NCBI GenBank assembly: GCA_033551855.1
Contig: JAWSUI010000013.1
Location: 1-64,000 of the forward strand
Source: Deferrisomatales bacterium
GTDB lineage: Bacteria > Desulfobacterota > Deferrisomatia > Deferrisomatales > JACRMM01
Direction: 5' to 3'
Length of the DNA: 64,000 nucleotides
Position 1 is the stretch's first letter. Every line of letters begins with the position of its first letter. The notes beneath the pieces are model-generated. The model searched no databases. It had not been told where the DNA came from and was given only the letters and a program-made list of their open reading frames with translations. Both the position numbers and the translations under genes were made by a program. Shown in pieces: positions 51,720-61,488 of the stretch.

Positions 51720-53669
51720 TCACCGCTTGAGGAACTTCAGGGCCTTGGCCACCAAGGTCTCCGGATCGAGACCCATCCGCCGCCGAACCTCCCCCGGAGA
51801 CCCGGAGACGCCGTAGTGCTCGACACCCATCTTCAAGAGGCGACACGAGATGCCGCGGGCGGCAATACAGTTCGCCACCCGCGACCCCAGGCCGGTGTGG
51901 ACGTTGTGGTCCTCGTAGGTGATCACCCGCCCCTTGCGCAGGCACTGGAGCAGCACCGGGTCGACGGAGGTATCCAGGGACTTCGGACACGACACGTGGA
52001 GCACCGACGGCTCCATGGCGCGCTCCCGCAAGACCCCCCAAGCCTGGAGGGCGTGGGCGAGCATCTGGCCCGTGACCAGGATGACCCCGTGGTCCCCGGG
52101 CCGCACAAGGTCGAGCCTTCCGTAGCGGAACTCGTATCCATCGCCAAAGAACGGCTGTCCCTCCAGGTCGGTGACGATGGGCGTCGCCTCGCCGCCAAGC
52201 CCGAGCACCCAGTTCCCGGCTTGGCCCAACAGGTGCCGGAAGACGCGGTCAGCCTGGTTGGCGTCAGCAGGAAAGACGGCGCGGAACCCGAGCAGGCTGT
52301 CCAGAAGGCTGAGGTAGTCGATGCATTGGAGGGCCTTGCCGTCCTCGCCCCCGTCCAGCCCGAGGTGCGTGAGGACGACCTTGAGGTGGGTCCGATTCAA
52401 GTCGTTCAGCCGGAGCTGATTGTAGGCGCCGTCAAGGCCGAACACGCCCTTCCCCACGAACACGGTGACGACTTCCTCCAGGCTCAAGGCGCCCGAGGCG
52501 GTGACGGCCGCCTGATCCTGCACCCCGAAGGGGAAGTAACTGTCCCGGTTCTCCCGGGCGAAGCCCTCGGTGCCCACCGCGCTGGGAAGGGCCGTGTCCA
52601 CCACCGCCAGGGGGCAGGCCCCATCCCCCCGGTTCCTCCCCCCCACGTCCCGGAGCGCCTCCCCGAAGGCCTTCCAGGTCTCGAGCACGGTCCCCGCAGG
52701 ATACGACGCCGGCTCCCCGACGTCGGGGACCGGCACGGTGGCCGCCTCCTCGGCGATCTCTAGGTCGAACTCGCCGAAGGCGGCCCGGTAATCCGCCGCC
52801 TCCGAGAGGTCCCCCTCGAGGCGGAGCTCCCGCAGCGCCTCCTGGTACTCCTCCTCGGTCAGAGCCCGCTCGTGGTACTCGGGGTTGTTCTCCATGAAGG
52901 AGACCCCGCTTCCCGCCGTCGTGTGCGCCAGGATCAGCACGGGCGCGCTCTGGATCTGGATCCCCCGTCGCAGCGCCTTGTAGATCTCGTTGTGGTCGTG
53001 GCCGCTGATCTCGATGACGTCCCAGCCGTCCGCGATGTACTCGAACTTCACATGCTGTGGCGTGAGCTCCGAGCCGCGGGACACCCCCTGGCCGCCGTTG
53101 AAGTCCACGATCGCGGTGATGTTGTTCAGGCGATACCGCTTGGCCAACCTTCGCGCCTCCGCCACCTGGCCCTTGAGCTGCTCACCGTCGCTCATGGCCA
53201 CGAACACGTTGTACTTGAGGTTGTTCAACCGAGCGGCCAGGGCAAACCCGCAGGCGGCGGACAGGCCTAGGCCCAACTGGCCGCCGGTCCACTCCACCCC
53301 CGGCACCGTGCGCTCGAGGTTGCCTTCGAAGATGCTCCCGGCCTTGCGAAAGAGGGCGATCGCGTCGTCGAGGTCGAAGAAGTCCAAGCGCCCGAGGGTC
53401 CCGTAGAAGGCGGGCGCGGAGTGGGCGTGGCCCACCACGATCCGGTCCCTTCGGGGCTCTTCCGGCTGGGAGGATCTCAGGGACGCGGCCGAGAGGAGGG
53501 TGACATAGAGGTCCACCGAGGAGAGGCTTCCCGCCGGGTGCCCGCTGTCGGCCAATCGGATCATTCGCAGCACGTCCCCCCGCACCGCCCGCGAGAGGGT
53601 CCGCAGATGGCGGATCTGCTCCGGCGTGAGCTCCTCCTCCCGAAACCCCTTCGCAATCTGCATCGGCAT
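51720..53669 (-). CDS. Transketolase homologue with substituted catalytic residues
   Basis: SGHP, SDGE...DFN ThDP motif and three-domain layout; but EGN, GVQD and GEDGKALQ replace EGH, GxxE and GEDGxTHQ. Confidence 0.85.
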   Translation of the reverse strand: MPMQIAKGFREEELTPEQIRHLRTLSRAVRGDVLRMIRLADSGHPAGSLSSVDLYVTLLSAASLRSSQPEEPRRDRIVVGHAHSAPAFYGTLGRLDFFDLDDAIALFRKAGSIFEGNLERTVPGVEWTGGQLGLGLSAACGFALAARLNNLKYNVFVAMSDGEQLKGQVAEARRLAKRYRLNNITAIVDFNGGQGVSRGSELTPQHVKFEYIADGWDVIEISGHDHNEIYKALRRGIQIQSAPVLILAHTTAGSGVSFMENNPEYHERALTEEEYQEALRELRLEGDLSEAADYRAAFGEFDLEIAEEAATVPVPDVGEPASYPAGTVLETWKAFGEALRDVGGRNRGDGACPLAVVDTALPSAVGTEGFARENRDSYFPFGVQDQAAVTASGALSLEEVVTVFVGKGVFGLDGAYNQLRLNDLNRTHLKVVLTHLGLDGGEDGKALQCIDYLSLLDSLLGFRAVFPADANQADRVFRHLLGQAGNWVLGLGGEATPIVTDLEGQPFFGDGYEFRYGRLDLVRPGDHGVILVTGQMLAHALQAWGVLRERAMEPSVLHVSCPKSLDTSVDPVLLQCLRKGRVITYEDHNVHTGLGSRVANCIAARGISCRLLKMGVEHYGVSGSPGEVRRRMGLDPETLVAKALKFLKR

Positions 53670-53731
53670 CCCACCTCCCTAACGATGGAAGACGGCCCGG
53701 GCCGCCCGGGGCCGAGGGTTTCCCCGACCCG

Positions 53732-54064
53732 CTACTCGTCCTCGTCCTCCTCCTCGTACTCCTCCTCGGCCTCTCCCTCGTCCTCCTCTTCCTCCCGCTC
53801 CTCCTCGGCCTTTCTCGCCAACTTGGACTTACGGAGCTGCCGAATTCCTCGCGCAACCACACGAGCGGGGTTGTCCACGTCCTCGAGCTCGTCGCTGTCT
53901 ATGTACTCCGCGATCTCCTCGGCAACTTCGGTGACGAGCTCCGGGTCCGAGAGGTCCTCCCAGGAGAACTCCATGTCCTCTATGGGCTCCCCGTCGCAGT
54001 AGAAGGCAACCCCGTCCTCGTCGTACACCGCATCGATGGTCGGAAGAATGCGCTTCCTCGGCAT
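53732..54064 (-). CDS. Highly acidic hypothetical protein
   Basis: 110 aa with a Glu/Asp tail; GAGGAGGAG RBS. Confidence 0.75.
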   Translation of the reverse strand: MPRKRILPTIDAVYDEDGVAFYCDGEPIEDMEFSWEDLSDPELVTEVAEEIAEYIDSDELEDVDNPARVVARGIRQLRKSKLARKAEEEREEEEDEGEAEEEYEEEDEDE

Positions 54065-54344
54065 GGCTCCTCCTCGTTCGATGGCCGCCCTGGGCCCGAA
54101 AAGCGCCCGAACATACCACCCACCCCCAGGGATGACAAGCGCGGCCGAGCGTCCAGCCGGCCCTCACCTCTCTGGCCGGCGGGGTTCGGTCAGCGATCCC
54201 GCGCTGCCCCAAGGGCCTCGCCGATGGGGGCTCGTCCACTGGCGGCAGCGAGCGCTTGCCGTCCCCGGTTTCCCTCGGGGCCGGCACCCAGGCCGACGCG
54301 GTCCGCCTCGGCACCGCACCGCCGGCGGCGTCGGCGATCGGCCG

Positions 54345-54383
54345 TTAGGTTCTGACACGGAATACCCGTGTCAGAACCCTTAG
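54345..54383. repeat. Perfect 13-bp inverted repeat flanked by TTAG direct repeats
   Basis: GGTTCTGACACGG-AATAC-CCGTGTCAGAACC (54348-54378); TTAG at 54345-54348 and 54380-54383. Confidence 0.7.
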
Positions 54384-55912
54384 TCGGCTCTCGGCCCCAA
54401 GCCTGCCCGGCGAAACTGCAAGGCCTCGAGGACGTGGGCCCGCCCCACCCCCTCGGCGCCCTCCAAGTCCGCGATGGTGCGAGCCACCTTGAGGGCCCTC
54501 GTGTAGGCCCGGGCGGAGAGACCCAGTCGGTCCATGGCGTGCTCCAGTAGATTCCGGGCATCCGCCGAGGGAGAGCAGTGCCGGCGGACGGCGGCAGCCG
54601 AGAGGTGGGCGTTGCAGTGAAACGTCCGGCCCGCGTACCGCGTGGCCTGGCGCTGCCTCGCCACAGCCACCCGCTCCCGCACGGCGCCGGACGACTCGTC
54701 GCCGGAACCTCCCGCCATCTCCCGGTACCGAATGGCCGGGACCTCGGCGTGGAGGTCGAAGCGGTCCAGGAGGGGACCCGACACCCGGGCACGGTATTTC
54801 CGAATCGCCGAGGGGCTGCAGGTGCACTCGTGCTGCAGGTCGCCGTGGTACCCGCACGGGCAGGGGTTCATGGCCGCGACCAGCATGAAACGGGCAGGGA
54901 ACGTGACGCTCGTGGCGGCTCGGGCGATGGTGACCGCGCCGTCCTCGAGCGGCTGACGAAGCACCTCGAGCACGTGCTTCTTGAACTCGGGGAGCTCGTC
55001 GAGGAAGAGCACCCCATTGTGCGCGAGGCTGATCTCCCCGCAGCGGGGGATCGTGCCGCCCCCGATCAGACCGGCGTCGGAGATCGTGTGGTGGGGCGCG
55101 CGGAAGGGCCGCCGCACGACCAGTGGCCCTTCTCCGTCCTGCACCCCCATGACGCTGTAGATCCGGCTGGTCTCCAGGGCCTCGTCCCAGGTCATCTCCG
55201 GCAGGATCGTGGGCAGGCGGCGGGCCAGCATGGTCTTCCCGGACCCCGGGGGGCCGACCAGGAACACGTTGTGCCCCCCCGCCGCCGCGATCTCCAGGGC
55301 CCGCTTCACGTGCCCCTGCCCCCGGACCTCGTCGAAGTCCTCTTCGTACTCGTCTTGGCGGCCGAAGAGACGATCCCGGTCCAGCCGCGCCTCGGCCAGG
55401 CCGCCCCCCCGCAGGCCCTCCACCACGTCGGCCAGGGTGTCCACGGGGTACACGGCCAGGTCCTTGACCACGGCCGCCTCCGCCGCGTTCTCCCGGGGGA
55501 CGCAAACGCCGTCGAGACCGAGCCGGCGCGCCTCCATGGCGATCGGCAGGACCCCCTTGACCGGCCTCACCCGGCCGTCGAGGGAGAGCTCTCCGAGCAG
55601 GAGAACCCTCTCCAGCCCCCGGATCCCCAACTGGGGATCTGTGGCGAGAATCACCACGGCCACAGGAAGGTCGAAGGCCGCACCCTCCTTCTTCACGTCG
55701 GCCGGCGCCAGGTTCACCGTGATCCGCTGGGGCGGGAAGGCGTACCCCGAGTTTCGGATGGCCGACCGGACGCGGTCCTTGCTCTCCTTGACCGCGTTGT
55801 CCGGAAGCCCGACGAGGGTGAAGGACGGCAGCGCCCGCGCGACGTCCACCTCCACGTCCACCCGGTAAGCGTCGACGCCGAACACGGCACCGGAAATCGC
55901 CGATGAAAGCAC
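54380..55912 (-). CDS. comM: YifB/ComM Mg-chelatase-like AAA+ ATPase
   Basis: VGLPD.AVKES, ITVNLAPAD, GPPGSGKT, LFLDELPEF, AMNPCPCG, SGPLLDR. Confidence 0.93.
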   Translation of the reverse strand: MLSSAISGAVFGVDAYRVDVEVDVARALPSFTLVGLPDNAVKESKDRVRSAIRNSGYAFPPQRITVNLAPADVKKEGAAFDLPVAVVILATDPQLGIRGLERVLLLGELSLDGRVRPVKGVLPIAMEARRLGLDGVCVPRENAAEAAVVKDLAVYPVDTLADVVEGLRGGGLAEARLDRDRLFGRQDEYEEDFDEVRGQGHVKRALEIAAAGGHNVFLVGPPGSGKTMLARRLPTILPEMTWDEALETSRIYSVMGVQDGEGPLVVRRPFRAPHHTISDAGLIGGGTIPRCGEISLAHNGVLFLDELPEFKKHVLEVLRQPLEDGAVTIARAATSVTFPARFMLVAAMNPCPCGYHGDLQHECTCSPSAIRKYRARVSGPLLDRFDLHAEVPAIRYREMAGGSGDESSGAVRERVAVARQRQATRYAGRTFHCNAHLSAAAVRRHCSPSADARNLLEHAMDRLGLSARAYTRALKVARTIADLEGAEGVGRAHVLEALQFRRAGLGPRAD

Positions 55913-56075
55913 GCCTTCCTCCCCCGGCCGCCGGACGGCGGCCCGCCCCTGGCCCCCCCAACGCTCGCGCAATCTACCCAAAGGCCCCGGGGACCGCAAG
56001 AATCCCAGGACAGCTCCCCTCTTCCCACGCAGAACCGCCTTTACAGCCCGGTCGGGGCCCGCGTAGAGTCCACCC

Positions 56076-56924
56076 ATGGCGCCCAAGCCCTCTTTTCCGC
56101 CGGGAGCCTTGGCGGTAGTGGCCCTGCCCCTGGGGAATCCGGCCGACATCACCCTGCGAGCCCTCCAGGTCCTGGCCGAGGCGGACCTGGTGGCCGCGGA
56201 GGACACCCGCACGGCCGGCCGTCTCCTGGCCCGCCACGGGGTCAGGGCGCCGCTGCTCTCCTACCACGACTGGAACGAGGACCAGCGGGCGCCCGCACTG
56301 ATCGGGCGCCTGGAACAGGGCCAGCGGATCGCCCTCGTCTCGGAGGCAGGAACCCCGGGGATCTCGGATCCGGGATACGACGTGGTGCGCCTGGCGCGAC
56401 AGCGCGGCATCCCGGTTTTCCCCGTGCCGGGGCCCTGCGCGGTCACGGCATTCCTGAGCGTCTCCGGCCTCCCCACGGACGCCTTTTCCTTCTTCGGCTT
56501 CCCCCCCAGCCGCCCCCCGCGCCGGCGGGAGCTCTTCCACTCCCTCTCGGACCGCCGCGAGACCCTCGTCTTTTACGAGTCCCCTCGGCGGGTCCTGGCT
56601 GCCCTGGCCGCCGCCGAGGAGTCCTTCGGGGACCGGGAGGCAGCCCTCGGCCGCGAGCTGACCAAGCCCCACGAGGAGGTTCTCTTCGGGACGCTCTCCT
56701 CGTTGCAGGAGGCGCTCGCCCCCCGCGCCCGGGTGCTGGGGGAGGTGTGCTGGGGGGTGCGGGGGGCCCAGGCCGTCCCGCCGCGGCCCGACGAGCCCTC
56801 CGCAGCCGCCCTCCAAGAGGCCGCGGGCAGCGGCCTGCCGCCCCGGGAGGCCGCCCGCGTCCTCGCCAAGCGCTCCGGGCTCTCCGTCAAAGAGGCCTAC
56901 ACCCTCCTCCTCCGACGCCGCTGA
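56076..56924 (+). CDS. rsmI: 16S rRNA C1402 2'-O-methyltransferase
   Basis: PLGN..DIT.RA, AEDTR, AGTPGISDPG, FYESP.R, RELTK.HEE. Confidence 0.95.
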   Translation: MAPKPSFPPGALAVVALPLGNPADITLRALQVLAEADLVAAEDTRTAGRLLARHGVRAPLLSYHDWNEDQRAPALIGRLEQGQRIALVSEAGTPGISDPGYDVVRLARQRGIPVFPVPGPCAVTAFLSVSGLPTDAFSFFGFPPSRPPRRRELFHSLSDRRETLVFYESPRRVLAALAAAEESFGDREAALGRELTKPHEEVLFGTLSSLQEALAPRARVLGEVCWGVRGAQAVPPRPDEPSAAALQEAAGSGLPPREAARVLAKRSGLSVKEAYTLLLRRR

Positions 56925-57108
56925 GTGACTCCGTGCGAGAGAATCCTGGCGGGGGGTTCACTGCAAAGGGCAGAGTTGAGGGGAAGCTTGCTGAAGGTGG
57001 CCATACGACCGCCTAATCGGGCCGCCGCAAGCACGCGGCAGCATACGGCGACCCGGCAACAAGGTGGGGTCCGGGTCCACTTGAATGACTTCAGTGCAAC
57101 GCATGGAA

Positions 57109-58308
57109 TCAAGTTCTATGTGGCTGGATCGAAGCCTCGACCGCATCAGACGGTGTAATTGCTCGGTTTGGGCAAAGGCGAATGCATACTCCGCAATTCA
57201 AGCATCGCTTCGTATCTATCGAAATGCCCTCGGGAGATTCTGACAATGCCAGGCAAATCCCAGGCATCAAACAGAGCCCACATCTAGTGCATTTCTCGTC
57301 GATTACAGATAAATCAACGCGTCTGCGCACAATACTTTCAGCTGGAACCACGTATTGCAGGGCGGCGCCGACAAAATCTGCAGGGGATCCATACCCCGCC
57401 TCCTTCATAAATGTGGAGATGCCTTCGTTGATTTTGTCCAGGACCGAGAATCCTCGAACTAGTATGGAAGAACAAATTTGGACTGCAGATGCCCCCCACA
57501 TCATCATCTGCACTGCCTCTTCCCAACTCGAGATGCCGCCGCAACCCAGAACTGGGATCGAAACCGCACGGGAAACGTCCGCGACGGCACGGCACGCAAT
57601 CGGGAACAGGGGGGAACCGGTCAGAGTGCCGAAGCTGTGACCGCTTGAGGTCAAATAGGTCGGCCTTCCACCCTTACGGATGTCGATCTCCGGCGCCGCC
57701 GGGAATCCATTGATCACCACAACGGCGTCAGCCCCGGAGAGCTCGCACATACGCGCCACCTCTGCGATATCCGCCACCTGCGCGGTCAGCTTGCACAGCA
57801 CCGGCACGTTTACAGCAGACTTCACTGCACGGGTAACTCTTCCCGAGTCCACAGGCGACTGGGCCACAGACCTAGCCGAGGACCGCCCCGGCAGGTTGGG
57901 GCATGAGAGATCCAACTCGACGGCTTGGGCTCCTGCTTCTTGCAGCCCCACGGCACCGCGTTGCCAGGCCATCTCATCGGCGGCGGGAGCGAGAAGGTTG
58001 GCGATGATCGTCAGGTCGGTCTCGCGCCGAGCCCGTCGCACGAGCGCGCGTGCTTCATCGAGCGAGAGCCTCCTGTCGCCTGCGGAGACGATACCGCCTG
58101 TCCCTGGGCGTACGATCACATCGGGGTGGGACTGGCGACTCTCACCGACCATGGCCATCTTGGTGCTGACTCCCCCTGCCCCCGCCGCTGCGGCCTTCCC
58201 GATTCGGATCATGTCACCAGTCAACACACTGGACGCGACGATACACGGGCTTGCCAGGGTCAATCCGGCGAAGTGCACTTCCAGGGGGCTGCGGCAACGC
58301 TCCTCCAT
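57109..58308 (-). CDS. Dihydroorotate/dihydropyrimidine dehydrogenase (PreA-like) FMN protein with C-terminal 4Fe-4S
   Basis: ELDLSCPN, KLT, GCGGI...GASAVQI, CTRCGLC, CLNCGVC..CP. Confidence 0.85.
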   Translation of the reverse strand: MEERCRSPLEVHFAGLTLASPCIVASSVLTGDMIRIGKAAAAGAGGVSTKMAMVGESRQSHPDVIVRPGTGGIVSAGDRRLSLDEARALVRRARRETDLTIIANLLAPAADEMAWQRGAVGLQEAGAQAVELDLSCPNLPGRSSARSVAQSPVDSGRVTRAVKSAVNVPVLCKLTAQVADIAEVARMCELSGADAVVVINGFPAAPEIDIRKGGRPTYLTSSGHSFGTLTGSPLFPIACRAVADVSRAVSIPVLGCGGISSWEEAVQMMMWGASAVQICSSILVRGFSVLDKINEGISTFMKEAGYGSPADFVGAALQYVVPAESIVRRRVDLSVIDEKCTRCGLCLMPGICLALSESPEGISIDTKRCLNCGVCIRLCPNRAITPSDAVEASIQPHRT

Positions 58309-58326
58309 GTCTACTCCCGGACTGCG

Positions 58327-59136
58327 TTAGCCCTCGCTTCCCATACGAACGAGCCGACTCATCCCCAAGGGCACCTCGGGCGGCGGTGCGAGAGTGCGCA
58401 AGAGCGTGCAGTCGCAACCTCTTGCGCCCAAGTCTCCTTCCAGATAGGAAATCCCAAGCTGCCACAGCGCCAGCCAAATGCTGCAGATGTTGCTGGAAAG
58501 AACTGGTTTCTTCAACTTCTCTTCGAGATAGCGAATCACGCCAATCGTCCGCAGGTTGGTGCAGCTAATAAATAGACAATCGGAATCCCTCGTGTCCACA
58601 GACAAGGCAAACCTATACACTTCTTCATCGCTTAATCTTCCGATCATGCTGTTTGTGAACTCGCTATCGGCGGTATCTTCGTAATATCCTCGGACATTCG
58701 ATACGTGAAAACCAAAATCCCGCAGGGCTATAGATTCTATCTCATTTATTTTCCTCGTATACGGCGTCGCCAGAGCCAAAGTCCTGACTCCCAGGACACG
58801 GAACGCCTCGACCACTGCCGTCGTGGTTGTGATCGCTGGAACCCCTGCCGTGGCCGCGATCGCGGCGCAGATCCCTTCGTCGTATCCCCTGCCCTCGACC
58901 ATGCTGCCGACCGTGCAGCCGAACACGATCAGGTCCGATAGCCCTTCCGCGGAAAGGTCCACAGAGGCCCTCCTGACGTGCTTCTTGAGGTCTCGGAGCC
59001 CCCGCTCGTCCGGCGTAAACGCAATCCGGGTCGCGTACGCTTCGACCCCATTCGGACACAGGGCCCTCACCTCCGGCTCGAAGGTCGTGTTGCTCGACGG
59101 GACGATCAATCCGATTCGGCCTCGCCACCCATACAT
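58327..59136 (-). CDS. Maleate isomerase / Asp-Glu racemase / arylmalonate decarboxylase family protein
   Basis: IGLIVPSSNTT.E, FGCT.GS, ATPY, FISCTNL, KPVLSSN (both catalytic Cys present). Confidence 0.88.
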   Translation of the reverse strand: MYGWRGRIGLIVPSSNTTFEPEVRALCPNGVEAYATRIAFTPDERGLRDLKKHVRRASVDLSAEGLSDLIVFGCTVGSMVEGRGYDEGICAAIAATAGVPAITTTTAVVEAFRVLGVRTLALATPYTRKINEIESIALRDFGFHVSNVRGYYEDTADSEFTNSMIGRLSDEEVYRFALSVDTRDSDCLFISCTNLRTIGVIRYLEEKLKKPVLSSNICSIWLALWQLGISYLEGDLGARGCDCTLLRTLAPPPEVPLGMSRLVRMGSEG

Positions 59137-59325
59137 CGATTCCCTCTCCGGGGCACTTCCCCCAATGCGGTTCTCGTCTTCCCCCGCAACCCTTTTTCAC
59201 TCCCCGACATCACCCTGTGAGTAGACTCGTTACGTCACCGACGGTGTCCACCCGCCCCCGTCACCGGCTTCCTTGCGGGAGATGAACGGAGGTCATCGGC
59301 AACTTTGGGGCTCCCTCAGCGCGGG

Positions 59326-60120
59326 TCAGCCCAAGAACTCCATGATTGCTCGGGCGAACGCCTCCGGCATCTGATCCACCATGGGAACCATGCCTCCTTC
59401 TAGTTCTCCCGTGACGCTGTTCCTGATGCTGAGGGCCAGGGGGACCATCCGGGGGTACGAAAAGGGATCCTCGGTGCCGCACAGGACAAGCGTGGGGGCC
59501 CGAATCAGGGGGGTCCTTTCCTCCATCCTGTACTCGTTGACGGCACGATGTCCTTCCTCCACGCGGTCCCATACGGTGAGGGCATCCCTCACGAACCTGG
59601 TCAGGAGATCGGAACGGTCCTTCGGGTAGAACGCCCTCCGCCGCCGCCAGAGCTCGGTCAGGTGGCTGCCATCCGGTCGGGTCTCCACCTCATCGATGGG
59701 GGGTCTGGTCTTGCGTCGCTCTCGGTCCTCGGCATCCACCCACGGGGTCGATGAGAGGACGAGCTTGTCTACTCGCTCCGGGTGAGAAGCGGCGACCTCG
59801 ATAGCGACGCACCCGCCGGTGTGATGCCCCACCAATGCCGCACGCCCAATGCCCAAGGCATCCAGGAGGCGGATCACTCCGCGGGCATACCCTGTTATGG
59901 AGACCGGCCCCGCAGGACGGTAGGAATCCCCGAAACCTACGGTATCCATGGCAATGGCCCGAAATCTTGCCCCCAGGATCGGGAGTACCTCCCGGTACTC
60001 GTCCCAGGAGCGCGGCGTCTGGTGCAGCAGCAGGACCGGAGGGCCACTTCCCGCTTCGGCGTAGTGAATCTGCCCCTCCGGGGTATCCGCAAAGCGTCTG
60101 CGAGCGCCAGGCGATTCCAC
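59326..60120 (-). CDS. Alpha/beta-hydrolase-fold protein, non-canonical active site
   Basis: HY.EAG.GPP..LLHQ, D..GFGDS, elbow GHHTGG, PTLVL.G.ED; no C-terminal catalytic His. Confidence 0.85.
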   Translation of the reverse strand: MESPGARRRFADTPEGQIHYAEAGSGPPVLLLHQTPRSWDEYREVLPILGARFRAIAMDTVGFGDSYRPAGPVSITGYARGVIRLLDALGIGRAALVGHHTGGCVAIEVAASHPERVDKLVLSSTPWVDAEDRERRKTRPPIDEVETRPDGSHLTELWRRRRAFYPKDRSDLLTRFVRDALTVWDRVEEGHRAVNEYRMEERTPLIRAPTLVLCGTEDPFSYPRMVPLALSIRNSVTGELEGGMVPMVDQMPEAFARAIMEFLG

Positions 60121-60163
60121 GTCGTCACCTCCGGCGGAAGAGTCAGGGTATCGAGGAAATCCT

Positions 60164-61309
60164 TCACGGTCCGGCAGCCAAATCAACGGCCATCCGAACG
60201 GCTGCAGCCATGGACTCCGCGGGCTGTAGGTTGGGCAGGGGATTCTCGCGAAGGATGGCACGCCCCTCCTCCCCATTCCTCCCCTGAAGGCAGGCCACCA
60301 CCGGAACACGGAGCGCCCCCTCCTCCCCAAGCGCTGAAACCACTGCCAGGATCTTCTCGGCAATCACGTCGCAGCGAACCCCTCCCCCGAAGATATTCAC
60401 GAGGATCACCCTGATCCTCGGATCCTCCAGAATGAGCCGCAAGCCATCCGCCACTCCGTTCTCAACGATGCGCGCCCCGCAGTCCAGAAAGTTCCCCGGC
60501 CGGGCCCCGGCTAGGGCCAGTTGGTCCATCGTAGCCATGGTCAGTCCTGCCCCGTTGGACAGGATGCCAACTTCCCCTTCGAGCTCCACGAAGGCGAGAC
60601 CATACTTTTTCGCCCGGTCCTCGCGCCCCGTTCCCTCGTTTCGCGGCAACTCGGGGTGTCGGAAGAGCGCCGATGAGTCCGTGGAGAGTTTTCCATCTGC
60701 TGCAATCAACCTCCCGTCATGGAGCAGAACCAAGGGGTTTATCTCGGCGACCTCCGCATCGACAAACCAGAACAGATCATAGAGCCGGTGTGCGATGGAG
60801 ATGACGCCCTCGCGCCACGCGCCGGCTACCCCGGCATCGGCTAAGGCCGATCGCATGCGGTGGGTCCAGAAACCATAGCGAGGATCCAGTGGGATTCTAA
60901 CCAGCTCCTCGGGGTGCGCGCCGACAAGTTGCTCGATGTCCATGCCGCCGCGTCTGCAGAAGAGGATCACCGGGCTTCTGGCATCCGGATCCGCGACGAC
61001 CGACAAATAGTGCTCGGAGGCGATCTCAAGTCTTTCCTCGACCAGGACCCCCTTCGACTCTTCGCCTCGAATCCGACGTACCAGGAGCTCCTCGGCGACC
61101 TGCCGCGCCTCTTCCGGCGTCGATGCGAACCCAACTCCGCCGGCCTTGCCGCGACCGCCCGAGAGCACCTGGGTCTTCACGACGCACGGCCGCTTAAGCC
61201 TGGCCGCTTCCTGTGTCGCTTCCTCTGCCGAGACGCAAAATCGCCCTTCCGGCACTGGAACATGGAACCGGCGGAAGAGGTCCTTGGCTTGGTGCTCGTA
61301 CAGCTTCAT
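60164..61309 (-). CDS. Succinyl-CoA synthetase beta-like subunit
   Basis: LYEHQAK, GGRGKAGGV, AEINPL, NGAGLTMATMD, NFLD.G, VNIFGG. Confidence 0.9.
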   Translation of the reverse strand: MKLYEHQAKDLFRRFHVPVPEGRFCVSAEEATQEAARLKRPCVVKTQVLSGGRGKAGGVGFASTPEEARQVAEELLVRRIRGEESKGVLVEERLEIASEHYLSVVADPDARSPVILFCRRGGMDIEQLVGAHPEELVRIPLDPRYGFWTHRMRSALADAGVAGAWREGVISIAHRLYDLFWFVDAEVAEINPLVLLHDGRLIAADGKLSTDSSALFRHPELPRNEGTGREDRAKKYGLAFVELEGEVGILSNGAGLTMATMDQLALAGARPGNFLDCGARIVENGVADGLRLILEDPRIRVILVNIFGGGVRCDVIAEKILAVVSALGEEGALRVPVVACLQGRNGEEGRAILRENPLPNLQPAESMAAAVRMAVDLAAGP

Positions 61310-61488
61310 CTTCCGTCTCCTGTGGACTCTTCCGACCTTTGCGGCACCCTGCCGTTCTTTCCCCGGCGAGGCGGAAGAGCAAACGAATCCTCGCGATTCG
61401 CCGTCAGGGAAGACCTGCCGAGCCGATTTCTCGTCAGGGAAGTGTCCAGCGGGCGCTGCTCACCAGTCTCGCCGTAATCTCTGTCGGC

